Origin: an uncultured Verrucomicrobiae bacterium
GTDB taxonomy: Bacteria; Verrucomicrobiota; Verrucomicrobiia; Limisphaerales; Palsa-1400
Reading direction: 5' to 3'
DNA length: 64,000 nucleotides
Assembly (NCBI GenBank): GCA_963764165.1
Contig: CAVXRD010000002.1
Location: 96,001-160,000, forward strand
Position numbers and translations under genes: made by a program. How positions within the stretch are numbered: position 1 is the first letter of the stretch; each line of letters starts with the position of its first letter. The notes under the pieces were generated by a model. The model did not search any database and was not told the origin of the DNA. It saw only the letters and a program-made list of their open reading frames with translations. Of the stretch, positions 30,270 to 41,195 are shown in pieces.

Positions 30270-31039
30270 CAGTGATCGGCTTTCTTTTTGCGGCCGAGAT
30301 AAACCTCGATGACGCGCTCGTTGTTCTGCACCTGATCGACCGTGCCTTCGCAAAGGACCGTGCCTTGGTGGAGCACCGTCACCTTGCGCGCAATCTGGCG
30401 GACAAAAATCATATCGTGCTCAATCACGATGACGCTGTGTTTCCCGGCGAGGCTCATCAGCAATTCGCCAGTCTTGTGGGTTTCCTCGTCGGTCATGCCT
30501 GCGGCAGGCTCGTCAACGAGAAGCAACTTCGGGTCCTGCGCGATGAGCATGCCGATTTCCAGCCATTGCTTCTGGCCGTGGCTGAGCGAGCCAGCCTTGC
30601 TGGCGCTGCGATCGAGCAATCCCACCGTCCGCAGCACCTCGCCAATGCGTTCACGTTCGCTGGGCTTAACCCGGTGAAAGAGCGATGAGAAAACGCCGCG
30701 CGGACCCTTCAACGAAAGCAGGACGTTCTCGAAAACCGTGTGGTAAATGTAAACGGACGGCGTTTGAAATTTGCGGCCTATGCCGAGGCGGTTGATCTCG
30801 TATTCATTGAGCCGCGTCAGGTCGGTATTAAAGCCGTATTCAATTTTGCCGGTGTCAGGGCGGGTGCGGCCGGTGATCAAATCCATCATGGTGCTTTTGC
30901 CCGCGCCATTGGGGCCGATGATGACGCGAAGCTCGCCCTCATCCATGTAGAAATTCAATTCGGATATGGCTTTGAACCCGTCGAAGGTTTTGTTGACACC
31001 TTCCAGCGTCAAAATAAATTTGGCGGGGGCCACGCTCAT
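30269..31039 (-). CDS. urtD: Urea ABC transporter ATP-binding protein UrtD
   Basis: GPNGAGKS, GIGRKFQTP, LSHGQKQWLEIG. Confidence 0.93.
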   Translation of the reverse strand: MSVAPAKFILTLEGVNKTFDGFKAISELNFYMDEGELRVIIGPNGAGKSTMMDLITGRTRPDTGKIEYGFNTDLTRLNEYEINRLGIGRKFQTPSVYIYHTVFENVLLSLKGPRGVFSSLFHRVKPSERERIGEVLRTVGLLDRSASKAGSLSHGQKQWLEIGMLIAQDPKLLLVDEPAAGMTDEETHKTGELLMSLAGKHSVIVIEHDMIFVRQIARKVTVLHQGTVLCEGTVDQVQNNERVIEVYLGRKKKADH

Positions 31040-32178
31040 TTTGTCTTGGCGATTGCCTCATCCGGCTGAGTGGCAGCCGGAGACTCGTCCCTGCCCCGGC
31101 GGTTCAAGGTGGAGCGGATCTGGCCAGGAAGCCCTACAATTCCCTTAGGCATGAACACCGTCACCAAAATGAACAACACGCCAAGAATCAGCAGCCACAT
31201 ATCCGGGTAAGCCCGGGTCGTCCAGCTTTTCAGCGCGTTGATGAAAATCGCGCCGATGATCGGGCCGATGAGTGTTCCCCTCCCGCCAACGGCAACCCAG
31301 ACCACCGCCTCCAACGATTTGTCCGTTGCCATCTCGCTGGGATTGATGATGCCGACTTGCGGGACGTACAGGATCCCGCCCAGGGATGCAATCATCGCGC
31401 AAAATACGAAGACGAAGAGCTTGTAGTATCCGGCTGCGTAGCCGCTGAACAAAACGCGATTTTCGCTGTCGCGAATCGCTTGTTGAATAAGGCCAAATTT
31501 GGTGCGGCTTAACCAAAGGCAGCCTGCATAAACGAGGACAAGAGCAATTGCCGTCGCAATATAAAGTCCTCGCAGGGTCGAAGGTGAGCGCAAATCGTAG
31601 CCGAGAACAAATTTGAAATCGGTGAAGCCGTTATTGCCGCCCATCAAAAGGCTGTTGCGGAAAAACAGCAGGCACGCGGCGTAAGTCAGCGCCTGCGTGA
31701 GGATGGAAAAATAAACGCCGCGTATCCGCGAACGGAAGGCAAGGAAGCCAAAGATCGCCGACAGCGCCGCGGGCAGCAAAAAGGCCATCATCATGGCAAA
31801 TGGAAAACTTGAAAACGGCTTCCAGAACGCGGGCAGCGTGCTCCAGCCGAGGAACACGAGGAAGTCCGGGATCGGTTGATGATACTGGCCGAGCGTGCCG
31901 ATCATCCGCATCAAATACATTCCCATCATGTAGCCGCCGAGGGTGAAAAACAGGGCTTGTCCCAAGCTCAGCATTCCGGTGTAACCCCAAAGCAAATCCA
32001 CGCTGATGGCGAGTATCGCGTAGCAAAGGTATTTGCCCCAAAGATTAATGCTGAAATCGCTGATGTGGATGAACCAAGTGGCAGGCACCTTGGTGTTCAA
32101 AACCGGAACTCCCACCACGAGGAAGATCGCAACAAACAACAATATCCACGTTTGCAGTTTCGGCGCGCGGCTTTCCAT
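31036..32178 (-). CDS. urtC: Urea ABC transporter permease UrtC
   Basis: DLLWGYTGMLSLG, GVYFSILTQA, VAVGGRGTL. Confidence 0.92.
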   Translation of the reverse strand: MESRAPKLQTWILLFVAIFLVVGVPVLNTKVPATWFIHISDFSINLWGKYLCYAILAISVDLLWGYTGMLSLGQALFFTLGGYMMGMYLMRMIGTLGQYHQPIPDFLVFLGWSTLPAFWKPFSSFPFAMMMAFLLPAALSAIFGFLAFRSRIRGVYFSILTQALTYAACLLFFRNSLLMGGNNGFTDFKFVLGYDLRSPSTLRGLYIATAIALVLVYAGCLWLSRTKFGLIQQAIRDSENRVLFSGYAAGYYKLFVFVFCAMIASLGGILYVPQVGIINPSEMATDKSLEAVVWVAVGGRGTLIGPIIGAIFINALKSWTTRAYPDMWLLILGVLFILVTVFMPKGIVGLPGQIRSTLNRRGRDESPAATQPDEAIAKTK

Positions 32179-32181
32179 GGC

Positions 32182-34020
32182 TTAATCCAGACTGCGGCTG
32201 CGGCTGGCAAAGAGGCCACCCGGCTTCCATTGCAAAAATAAAATAATGCCGACCAGCACCACGATTTTTCCCGTCACCGGCGAGCCGGTTGTTTGCTGCA
32301 GCACTTCGTCAAAGGTTCCGATGCCGAAAGCCGAACAAACCGTTCCCACGATGCTGCCGACTCCGCCGAGCACGACCGTCATAAAGCTGTCAACAATATA
32401 TGTTTGACCGAGGCTCGGCCCGACATTTCCGATTTGCGAAAGAAACGCGCCAGCCAGGCCGGCCAAGCCGGAGCCAAAAGCGAATGTCATCATGTTGACC
32501 CGGGCAGTGCGAACACCGAGCGCGGAAGCCATGCCGCGATTTTGCATGACCGCGCGAATAAGCAGGCCCAGCGGCGTTTTTGCCAACAAAAGCCATGTCG
32601 CCGCGACGATGAGCAGAGCAAAGACGATGACAAACACGCGATTGTAACCGAACGAAATGTCATTGATCCCGAAGTGGCCGAGCAGCCATGACGGCGAATT
32701 GACCTGGACGTTGTTCGCCCCGAACACCATTCGGAAAAGCTGCTGCATGACCAGTGAAATTCCCCACGTGGCCAGCAAGGATTCCAACGGGCGGCGGTAA
32801 AGAAAGCGAATCACTGTGCGCTCAATGATAAGCCCGATCAGCGCCGCCATGATGAAACTGAGAGGAATTGCGATCAGAAAATAGGATTCGTACCAAAGGC
32901 CGGTCGCATTCATGCCCGGAATATGCATTCCGAAGCTGATCATTTTCCCGTTGAAGCTAAACGGCACGGTGATCGCGAAACCGAACCCGGTCCCAAAAAT
33001 ATTTTGCACGACGTAACACGTATACGCGCCGACGGCGATCATCTCGCCATGGGCCATGTTGATAATTCCCATCAAACCGAAAGTAATGGCCAATCCGAGC
33101 GCCACGATGAGCAAAATCGATCCGAGGCTCAATCCAGAGAAAAACGTGCCGATAAAATTAACGAACGAAACGTGGTTATCAATGACCTGAAGAGCCTTCT
33201 TGCATGCCGCGGCCACTTCGCCTGGGCAGCCCGGCTTGTTCAAAATCGCCTTGATGGGGGCGACGGCCCCGATCGATTTCAGTTCGGCCAGCCGCTGCAC
33301 GGCGACAATTTGCACCTTGGCATCGGTGTCGGCCAATTGAAGCAGGGCGATTGCCTGTTCGATGCTGCGGCGCACCTCGGAACTGGGTTCTTTGGCGAGG
33401 CGGGCGCGCAGGACAGGAATGTATTTGACTTTTTGGGAGATGCCGATTTTCAAAGCGGCGGAATTGCGCTCCTCCGCGATGGGCGCGGAAAGCGCCAGCG
33501 TATCCAGCGTTTGCTGAATAAGGGAACGGAGCCTCATATCCGTATCCGCGCTGGTTAAATCCGCGGAAGCAAAACGCGGTTCCTTTCCGCCCGCGTCTTT
33601 GATGAATTGACCATCCACAATACGGATGATCCGGGCTTTGCCGTCCGCATCCGCCTGCTCGTCGAGAAGCACGGGAACTTTGGTGTTGTCAGGACCGTCA
33701 TAAAGGTAGACGCCATCACGAGACCAAGCCGTGAGGACATCGCGGACTAATTTCGAGCCGGTCTCGGAAAGTTCGGCCAGCAGTTTTTGCTGCACCTCAC
33801 CTTCGCTGAGGATGGCTTGAACCAACTTGGCGCGGATAGCGCCGTCTGGGGCAGAGTTGGTGTCGGCCCACGCGGAAAACACGCCAGGGAAAAAGAGACA
33901 ACAAAGCACCCAGCGAATTACTCGAAAGACGATTTTGCCGGATAGAGTTGGGGCGGAGCCAGCGCTCCGCCCCAACGTTCGCGGGAAGGACCCGCGATTT
34001 TCAGATAGTTTCTGAATCAT
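32182..34020 (-). CDS. urtB: Urea ABC transporter permease UrtB with periplasmic helical domain
   Basis: [35 protein letters not shown]. Start overlaps the urtA stop (ATGA). Confidence 0.92.
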   Translation of the reverse strand: MIQKLSENRGSFPRTLGRSAGSAPTLSGKIVFRVIRWVLCCLFFPGVFSAWADTNSAPDGAIRAKLVQAILSEGEVQQKLLAELSETGSKLVRDVLTAWSRDGVYLYDGPDNTKVPVLLDEQADADGKARIIRIVDGQFIKDAGGKEPRFASADLTSADTDMRLRSLIQQTLDTLALSAPIAEERNSAALKIGISQKVKYIPVLRARLAKEPSSEVRRSIEQAIALLQLADTDAKVQIVAVQRLAELKSIGAVAPIKAILNKPGCPGEVAAACKKALQVIDNHVSFVNFIGTFFSGLSLGSILLIVALGLAITFGLMGIINMAHGEMIAVGAYTCYVVQNIFGTGFGFAITVPFSFNGKMISFGMHIPGMNATGLWYESYFLIAIPLSFIMAALIGLIIERTVIRFLYRRPLESLLATWGISLVMQQLFRMVFGANNVQVNSPSWLLGHFGINDISFGYNRVFVIVFALLIVAATWLLLAKTPLGLLIRAVMQNRGMASALGVRTARVNMMTFAFGSGLAGLAGAFLSQIGNVGPSLGQTYIVDSFMTVVLGGVGSIVGTVCSAFGIGTFDEVLQQTTGSPVTGKIVVLVGIILFLQWKPGGLFASRSRSLD

Positions 34021-35309
34021 TTACCTGCTGCCGCAAGTTTCTCGTCAAGTCCCTTGAGGAGGAAGGGTTCGCCCTTCACATCCGGGAAGGACTTGAGGAT
34101 TTTGAACTGGCCGTCAGCCTTCGTCTCACCAATGTAAACATTCTTGACGGTGTGGTGGTTGGCTTGCATGGTCGTCTTGCCGCCAGGACCGTCGAATGAA
34201 ACATTGCCGGATTCCAGCACAGCACGAACTTTGTCCACGTCAAACGAGCCAGCCTTTTCGACCGCTTTTTTCCACAAGTAAACGCCGTCGTAGGACAAGA
34301 CCATCGGGCTATCCACCGCGCGCTTTTCTTTCACGACGCCAGGATGGTTTTCGGTCTTGAGCCATCCGTCCCAGTGTTTGAGGAATGTTTTGTTTTCCTT
34401 GGACGGGAGGGACATGAAGTAGGTCCAGCAGCCAAGTTCGCCCACGAGGTCTTTGGCCGGCAGTGCGCGGAATTCATCCTCAGCCAAGCTGAACGAAACA
34501 ACCGGGCAGTCAGCCGGCGTCAAACCAGCGGCGGCGATTTCCTTGAAGAACGGAACGTTGGAATCGCCGTTGATCGTGTTGATGACGCAAGCGTCACCGC
34601 CAGCGGCGAACTGTTTGATTTCAGCGACGATCTGCTGATAGTCGGTATGGCCGAATGGCGTATATTTGCCCGCAGAGATAACCTTGCCGCTATCATCCTT
34701 GCGCAGGCCGCCGCCGATGTTGTCGAGCGGGATGCCGTGCAGCAAAAGATACTTGTAGAGGATCAGGTTGGTGGTTTGCGGATAAACGTAGTCGGTTCCG
34801 ACCAGGTAGAATTTCTTCTTGCCCTGCGCGAGCATGTAATCGACAGCGGGAATCGCCTGTTGATTGACGGCTTCAGCAGTGTAGAAGATGTTCTTGGACA
34901 ATTCTTCGCCCTCGTATTGCACTGGGTAGAACAGCAGCCCGTTGTCCTTCTCGAAGACGGGAAGAACAGACTTGCGGCTGACCGAAGTCCAGCAGCCGAA
35001 CACAACGGCGACCTTGTCTTCTTCCAGCAATTGCTTCGCTTTTTCAGCGAACAACGGCCAGTTGGAGGCGCCGTCCACAGGAACCGGCTCGATGGTATAG
35101 GTTTTTCCGTCGACCTTGATGCCGCCCGCGGAATTGATTTCGTCAAATGCGAACAGGAGCACGTCGCGAAGCGACGTTTCGCTGATCGCCATCGTTCCGC
35201 TCAACGAGTGGAGGATGCCGACCTTGACGGTCTCGGCAGTCACTGTGTTGGCGGCGAGGACGCTGGCAGCAGCGCAGGCTCCCAGCCACTTGGATGGATT
35301 CAATTTCAT
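34017..35309 (-). CDS. urtA: Urea ABC transporter substrate-binding protein
   Basis: [44 protein letters not shown]. Confidence 0.95.
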   Translation of the reverse strand: MKLNPSKWLGACAAASVLAANTVTAETVKVGILHSLSGTMAISETSLRDVLLFAFDEINSAGGIKVDGKTYTIEPVPVDGASNWPLFAEKAKQLLEEDKVAVVFGCWTSVSRKSVLPVFEKDNGLLFYPVQYEGEELSKNIFYTAEAVNQQAIPAVDYMLAQGKKKFYLVGTDYVYPQTTNLILYKYLLLHGIPLDNIGGGLRKDDSGKVISAGKYTPFGHTDYQQIVAEIKQFAAGGDACVINTINGDSNVPFFKEIAAAGLTPADCPVVSFSLAEDEFRALPAKDLVGELGCWTYFMSLPSKENKTFLKHWDGWLKTENHPGVVKEKRAVDSPMVLSYDGVYLWKKAVEKAGSFDVDKVRAVLESGNVSFDGPGGKTTMQANHHTVKNVYIGETKADGQFKILKSFPDVKGEPFLLKGLDEKLAAAGK

Positions 35310-35365
35310 AGGTGTCTTGGTTTTTTTAACTAGCTAGCTTCGTTTATGGTCTGGTTTTTGGTTAA

Positions 35366-36688
35366 TTAGAACGCGTAAGTAGCGCCCATGCCGAGGATGA
35401 ACTGGTCGCGATTATCCGGGCCAAATGCGCCGGAATATGAGGAGTGATTCCAGCGGATTTCCGGCTGAATCTTAATCTGTGGCGCAGGCGAGTAATCCAG
35501 AGTCAGCGTCGCGCTCATCAGATTCTGGCCAGCGCCGTAGACACCCGGGGGAAAGCCCGCCGCGCCAGTGTTGAGAGTTGCTGGATTTGGCGAGTTGATG
35601 AAGGTGCCGAAGCCCGTTGGATCTTGCACGTAATCCACACGAACGGTCGCGCCGAGCTTGGAAACGATGTCCGCGCTCAACCACGTTCCGAGAGACCACC
35701 AGTCGCCGTGGGTCTTTTGGCCAGGTTCAAACACGTAGTAGGCCGCGTGCTCGAAGTTGAAATAATCCGCTTCGATAGCCACGTTTACGTTGTGGTTTTC
35801 CAGGAGTTTGCGTGAGGCAATCACAGAACCGCCGTCGAGGAACGGCGGAGCAATGGGATAGGCTGAATCTTGCCGGCCTTCAAAGCCGAGGATGGCGATG
35901 GATGTTTTCTTGTCCGGGTTGATATACAAACCGCCGAGAAACGTCTTCGACCCAGTCGAAACCGCTCCATTGTAAAGGCCGTTCTGCAAGCGCGCCTTCA
36001 GACCGATCCAGTCGTTGAAGTCGTAGCCCAATTGCACGCCCGCGTCCGGTCCGTTGCCCGTGTACCACCATTGGTAGCCTTGGGAGAAGTTGCCGTTGGC
36101 GGCGCCGCCGTCGCCTGACTCGTAGTTCAAGAGCGAGATCAACTGGCCCGCGCGAATGTCAAGACCGGTTCCAATCGGGACATTCAACTCGACATAAGCT
36201 TCGCGGAGAAAATTGAAGCCGTCGGTAGTTTTCGAGCCAGTGTCAACGAAATCTGAGTCGGCGCCCCAGATAAACGAAGCGCGATAAGCCGCGCTCCACT
36301 TATCTTTGTCGACGCCGGGGCTGGCCAACGTCAGTTTGACCTTGTTCACCTCAAATGAATTCAAGCTGGTGTTCCAAAGGTAGCCAACTGGGTGGTTGTC
36401 TTTGGGATTGCCGACATCGTAAAAATACGAGGACGTTACAAACCCGCTGATTGTGATATCGGTAAGGGCTTTGACAGGCTGGGCCACGCCCATGGTGCCG
36501 CTGGGCTTCAAGCCTTCCTTTTCAAGGAGCGCTTCCATGTCATCCAGCCGCTTGCGCAGTTCCTGATTCTCTTGTTCGAGTTTGGAGGTGTCCTGAGCCT
36601 GGGCCGCAAGGCCACCAGCCATGATGGAGGCGACAACCGCGCTCAGAGCTGCCACGTATGTGTGATTGGAGTTCTTGTGAATCGTCAT
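35366..36688 (-). CDS. Putative outer-membrane beta-barrel porin with N-terminal coiled coil
   Basis: Signal peptide, coiled coil (LEQENQELRKRL), ISGFV, REAYVEL, GYES-like NYES, C-terminal Phe (ATYAF). Start placed at ATG 36688. Confidence 0.8.
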   Translation of the reverse strand: MTIHKNSNHTYVAALSAVVASIMAGGLAAQAQDTSKLEQENQELRKRLDDMEALLEKEGLKPSGTMGVAQPVKALTDITISGFVTSSYFYDVGNPKDNHPVGYLWNTSLNSFEVNKVKLTLASPGVDKDKWSAAYRASFIWGADSDFVDTGSKTTDGFNFLREAYVELNVPIGTGLDIRAGQLISLLNYESGDGGAANGNFSQGYQWWYTGNGPDAGVQLGYDFNDWIGLKARLQNGLYNGAVSTGSKTFLGGLYINPDKKTSIAILGFEGRQDSAYPIAPPFLDGGSVIASRKLLENHNVNVAIEADYFNFEHAAYYVFEPGQKTHGDWWSLGTWLSADIVSKLGATVRVDYVQDPTGFGTFINSPNPATLNTGAAGFPPGVYGAGQNLMSATLTLDYSPAPQIKIQPEIRWNHSSYSGAFGPDNRDQFILGMGATYAF

Positions 36689-36821
36689 TATTTTGTTTGG
36701 TGTCAACTGGTTAAAACCCGGAACGCTCATTCCGTTCCCTTGTGATGCCGCAAGAGCCGCATGGCTCAGGCGCAGTATGGCATCTACTTGGGCATCCGGT
36801 CGTCCCGTGTGCTTGTTTGAC

Positions 36822-36837
36822 AGCGTTATTAGTGCCA
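36822..36837 (-). promoter_or_regulatory. sigma54 (-24/-12) promoter of the porin-urt-ure operon
   Basis: Minus strand TGGCACTAATAACGCT: GG and GC separated by exactly 10 nt, upstream of nitrogen-acquisition genes. Confidence 0.65.
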
Positions 36838-37244
36838 AGACCACTTGGCTAGTCAAGATAGTTTGCGTGAAATAAATTCACGTTCATCGTGAGCAAAATT
36901 CACAACCACCAACTTACGCAGGATACCGGCCAGCTTAACACGCTCGTAACATGGGTGGAAAACTGGGGTTTCACTGTCTTTGGGCCGACGCCGTTTTTTA
37001 CTCCCTGAGCCATCCGCCACTCAGTTCGGTGACTGGAGAAAGATAAGGCTGTCGATTATTGAACAGGCTGGGCAAAAAAGTTGAATTGACGTCGATCCAA
37101 GGTTCCTCGCGGTTTCAGCGGAATGAATTGTGGTCAACGCATCCGCGACGGCAGCTAGAGGTCATGGAAAACACCTTGTTTCGTTCCATCGCAACCTTCT
37201 CGGAAGAAATGTAACGGGTCTGTAGCCACACTTGTAGGGTTATC

Positions 37245-37296
37245 TGGTTGATACTCAACGATGTAACGGGTGTAACGGGTTATTCGAGATTATATG
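37245..37296 (+). repeat. 52-bp imperfect inverted repeat, left copy
   Basis: 40/52 ungapped identity with the reverse complement of 41924-41975, ending in an identical GAGATTATATG. Confidence 0.8.
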
Positions 37297-37435
37297 CGCA
37301 TTCAGGTGCTTTGCCGGGGCGCCGCTCGGTCTCTCCGGGCGAATGTCCGGCCACGGCTGCACCCGCCATCTCATCCACTGAAAACGCCGATCAACCGATT
37401 AAAAGCCCCGCCATGGCTCGAAGCCGACCCTCACA

Positions 37436-38248
37436 TCATTGCGTAGTCGTCACTCCGCGAAGCTTGATCCAATCAATATTATTAGTGGCAACTTTGGGAG
37501 GCACTGTGACGCTGAACGCGAGCAATTCCGTCTCGGGCGCCTGATCGACCGGGTTTAACGTATGAAATGTTTCCGCATGGCCGTCGGCAAAATTGAGGCA
37601 GTAGCCGTTATTGTGGCGCGTCGAGGGCAATTGCACAAATGGATAACTGTTGTCCATCGTGACTTGGAACCAGCCGTAGGCGAGCGTTCGAATATGTTCG
37701 TCGATGAAGACCCAGATGCCGGAAGGCGAAGTCGCGCCAAAATCCGTTTCCTTGACGAATACCCGGTAGGGCGTTTGCTCCTCCAGCGTCTCCATCACGG
37801 TGCCGCCGGTCCACCCGTTGGCCGAGTAGCTCCGCACCCGTGGCTTGCCGTTGCCTGTCGAAATATCTGACGGGCAGCGAAACACCGCGAATTGAGACAA
37901 ATACGGGTATAATTGCCCCGCGTGCAATGGGACGTCGTTGGTCGAGTCGGCAACGACTTTCATGCTTCCGTAGACCCACGAATTTGTATCCACCCCTTCG
38001 TTGCCCTCGGGAGACGCGTTTTCAGTCAGTTTTCCGCCGTTTTCCGAGGAGTACATTTGGTAGGCGATCGCAAATTGCCGCATGTTGCTCAAGCAGCCCG
38101 CCGCCCGCCCGTTGCCTTTGGCTTTCGAGAGGGCAGCCAGAATCAAAGATGCCAGAATGCCAATAATGGCAATCACCACCAGCAATTCGATCAACGTCAT
38201 CGCACGTTGAGCGAGGCGGCGGCGTTCTTTTTGGCCTGAAGCTGGCAT
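37436..38248 (-). CDS. Prepilin-type N-terminal cleavage/methylation protein with H-X9-DG motif (DUF1559-like)
   Basis: RA|MTLIELLVVIAIIGILASL, CLSNMRQ, FRCPSD, HNNGYCLNFADGH. Start placed at ATG 38248. Confidence 0.9.
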   Translation of the reverse strand: MPASGQKERRRLAQRAMTLIELLVVIAIIGILASLILAALSKAKGNGRAAGCLSNMRQFAIAYQMYSSENGGKLTENASPEGNEGVDTNSWVYGSMKVVADSTNDVPLHAGQLYPYLSQFAVFRCPSDISTGNGKPRVRSYSANGWTGGTVMETLEEQTPYRVFVKETDFGATSPSGIWVFIDEHIRTLAYGWFQVTMDNSYPFVQLPSTRHNNGYCLNFADGHAETFHTLNPVDQAPETELLAFSVTVPPKVATNNIDWIKLRGVTTTQ

Positions 38249-38312
38249 CGTTTCATTTATGCCCGGAGGCCCGGCCAGTTGGAACTGAGCGTCTAGCCGC
38301 ACACCCTGTCTT

Positions 38313-41093
38313 TTGGTTGCACTCCTTAGCGAAACGGGAATAAATACAAGTGTGACTCAGGCAGGGACATTGACGCGATTATTTGCAATTCTAGTCGTGT
38401 CCATCTCAATCGTGCTGGCAAACGATGTTTTTGCCGGGGATTGGCGGGCTTACACGCGCGCCGATGGCTTGCCCACCGACGGCTGCCGTTCGGTAACGGT
38501 GGCGGAAGACGGCAGCATTCTGGCCGTAAGCACGGACTCCAAGACGTTCTACAAATTCGACGGTTACGAAATCAAATCCTACCCCGCTCCACCCGGCGGC
38601 GCGGCCCGCGTTTCCCAAAGCCCCGCCGGCCAGTTCTGGACCGCGACCCCGCAAGGCTTGTGGACTTCCAGCGGCTACGACTGGAAGCTTTACGCAAACC
38701 GCGAAGCCGCTGAGAGCATCGCGATTTGCCCGGTGAAGCAAAAGGTCGTCTTTTGCCTGCTGCCCGAAAGGTTAATCGAGTTCAACGCCGATAACACAGC
38801 ATTGCCAAAGATCACAACGCTTCGCTCAAACGTCCAGACAAGCCTGGGCAGATTCGTCGGAATGACGGTGGGCTCGGCCGATGAATTGTGGGTCGTAGGA
38901 GAAAAAGCCGTGGCCCGCGTGGCCGGGCCGAAACGCGCCATTACAAGTTCCAGCGAATGGCAGGAATTTCCATTCCCTTCCGAACGGCAATTGTCGGATT
39001 TCTCGGAGCCAAAACCAGACTTCAGCGGCTTCACCGTCGCCGCAAAATCGAAATCAGACCACCGAAACATGGTGGTGCATTTTGATGGCGAAAAATGGGA
39101 CGTCGAGCCGGTGGACGCGGGCGGCAACCGTTTTGCGTGGCGCGATATGAACGGGAACTTCTGGGCATCATCCGCCCATAATCTCGCCTCCATTCCCGAA
39201 TCTCCACCCACTCCAACAAAGGAACGGGCCACCGGAACTTATAACGATGTCGCTGTCGATTGGCGGGGGACATTCTGGCTTGCGACGACAACGGGGCTGC
39301 TGCGCTACACGCCGGAGCTTTGGCGAGGCTGTCCGCCACCGGCCAACGCGCCAGCCGCGAAGCCCGTCGTTGCGAAATCATTCGCCTCGGTCCCCGGCTT
39401 GACCAACGCCGAAGTCACCTGCTCATTGGTGGCGCAAACCGGCGACATTTGGCTCGGCGGCGATTTCGGGACGGCGTGGCGGCACGATCATTGGACGATT
39501 TTCCCGGCTTCTGAGGGCAATTCACCAACGAATGTCCTCTACTTGATTGAGCTTCCCAATGGCCGAATCTGGTGCGCCTCCACTGAGAAAATCTGGAGTT
39601 TCGACGGCCGCGCCTGGTCGCTGGGACGCGGCGCATTAAATCAACTAGATAGCTTGGTGGCCACCCGCGATGGCAGCATCTGGGCGGGAACAGCGTCCGG
39701 CATCGAGCGCTGGGTGCGCGGCAAATGGATAGAATACAGCCTGGCCGAAGGTTTGGATTCTCCTCTCATTGAAACGGTTTGGGAGGATCCACACGGAACA
39801 CTCATGGCAAAAACCGCGGGCGGCTGGTTCGCCTATCATCCCGAGGACGACTCCGACCCGCCGCGCACATTTATCGACACGGTTGCCAATCCGTTGAAAA
39901 TCCCGGAGCGCGAGTGGATCACCTTGAGTTTTGGGGGCGTTGACAAATGGCAAATCACGCCGGGCGACCGCCTGATGTTCGCGCACCGGCTCGACAATGA
40001 AGATTGGACCACATTTGACAGCGCGACAAATGTAGTCCTCAGCGATCTGCCGCCCGGCAAACATTACTTTCAAGTTCATGCAATGGACCGCGCGGGAAAC
40101 ATCGATCCGGATGCGGCGCACTTGGAATTCGCCATTGTGCCGCCGTGGTACGAAGAAAGCCGGCTGCTGCTGACAGCATCGCTGGGCGGGATGACCGCGC
40201 TGTTTTTTGCGGGGCTGGCTTACAAGCGGCATCGGCAGTTGCAGCAAAGCTATCGCCTCGTCGAGAAGCAGGTCATTGAACGCACACGCCAGTTGGAGGC
40301 GGCCAGCCACGAACTGGTGCAAAGCCAAAAGATGCGCGCGCTTGGCACATTGTCCGCGGGAATCGCACACGATTTCAACAACATCCTCTCGATCATCAAA
40401 GGCTCGGCCCAGATCATTGAAGACAATCCCGGCAATCCCGGAAAAATTCGCACCCGGCTGGACCGCATCAAGACAATGGTCGACCAGGGTTCCGCTGTGG
40501 TGCAAGCGATGCTCGGATTCAGCCGGGGCTCGGACGAAAACTTCGAGCCGTGCGAAATCAATCCCATCGTTGACAACACTATCAAATTGCTTGGAGACCG
40601 TTTCCTGCGCGATGTCGAGATTCAATTCGACCGCGGCGCGGGATTGCCGCCCGCGCGGACTTCGCAAAGCCTTGTGCAGCAAATCCTGCTGAATTTTATT
40701 TTCAACGCCGCCGAGTCGATGGCCGGCCGCAAAAAGATCGTCATCACAACGGCGGCGGCGTCTCCCGCCATGGGCATGATTCTGCCGCCGGGAAAGAGCG
40801 AGGCGTGGGTTTCGGTGTCCGTTCGCGATTCGGGCGGCGGCATCTCGCCGGAGAATTTGGCGCGGGTTTTCGAGCCATTTTTCACCACCAAAGCGCTTTC
40901 AACCCGGCGCGGCACCGGCCTGGGATTGTCGGTTGTTTACGAACTGGCAAAAAAAATGGGCGCTGGCCTCGCCGTGGAATCAGTCCTGGGCCAGGGCAGT
41001 GTTTTCACCTTGATATTGCCGGCGGTGAAAGTTGAAAAAACCGCGGCGGCGGATTTGGGGCACGGCGAGCCACAACCTAAAGCGACTTATTGA
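38313..41093 (+). CDS. Membrane sensor histidine kinase with beta-propeller and Y_Y_Y-like periplasmic region
   Basis: Signal peptide, YTRADGLP / GxxW repeats, LPPGKHYFQV, PPWY plus TM, GIAHDFNN, FEPFFTTK, GTGLGL. Exact start uncertain. Confidence 0.9.
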   Translation: MVALLSETGINTSVTQAGTLTRLFAILVVSISIVLANDVFAGDWRAYTRADGLPTDGCRSVTVAEDGSILAVSTDSKTFYKFDGYEIKSYPAPPGGAARVSQSPAGQFWTATPQGLWTSSGYDWKLYANREAAESIAICPVKQKVVFCLLPERLIEFNADNTALPKITTLRSNVQTSLGRFVGMTVGSADELWVVGEKAVARVAGPKRAITSSSEWQEFPFPSERQLSDFSEPKPDFSGFTVAAKSKSDHRNMVVHFDGEKWDVEPVDAGGNRFAWRDMNGNFWASSAHNLASIPESPPTPTKERATGTYNDVAVDWRGTFWLATTTGLLRYTPELWRGCPPPANAPAAKPVVAKSFASVPGLTNAEVTCSLVAQTGDIWLGGDFGTAWRHDHWTIFPASEGNSPTNVLYLIELPNGRIWCASTEKIWSFDGRAWSLGRGALNQLDSLVATRDGSIWAGTASGIERWVRGKWIEYSLAEGLDSPLIETVWEDPHGTLMAKTAGGWFAYHPEDDSDPPRTFIDTVANPLKIPEREWITLSFGGVDKWQITPGDRLMFAHRLDNEDWTTFDSATNVVLSDLPPGKHYFQVHAMDRAGNIDPDAAHLEFAIVPPWYEESRLLLTASLGGMTALFFAGLAYKRHRQLQQSYRLVEKQVIERTRQLEAASHELVQSQKMRALGTLSAGIAHDFNNILSIIKGSAQIIEDNPGNPGKIRTRLDRIKTMVDQGSAVVQAMLGFSRGSDENFEPCEINPIVDNTIKLLGDRFLRDVEIQFDRGAGLPPARTSQSLVQQILLNFIFNAAESMAGRKKIVITTAAASPAMGMILPPGKSEAWVSVSVRDSGGGISPENLARVFEPFFTTKALSTRRGTGLGLSVVYELAKKMGAGLAVESVLGQGSVFTLILPAVKVEKTAAADLGHGEPQPKATY

Positions 41094-41195
41094 TGAAATG
41101 AATAGGAGTTATAGGAATAATGGGAAAAGCAGCCGCATGGGCCGCCACATAACTCGAACAATTCCCATTCCTCCCATCTAGCCACGCCATTCGCG

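Noticed and set aside
36795..36810. GGGACGACC hairpin suggesting a guanidine-II riboswitch in the porin leader
   Set aside because: Only one ACGR-loop hairpin is present. The motif needs two adjacent ones.
36689..36856. Porin N-terminal extension to TTG 36856
   Set aside because: It would span the sigma54 promoter. The signal peptide fits ATG 36688.
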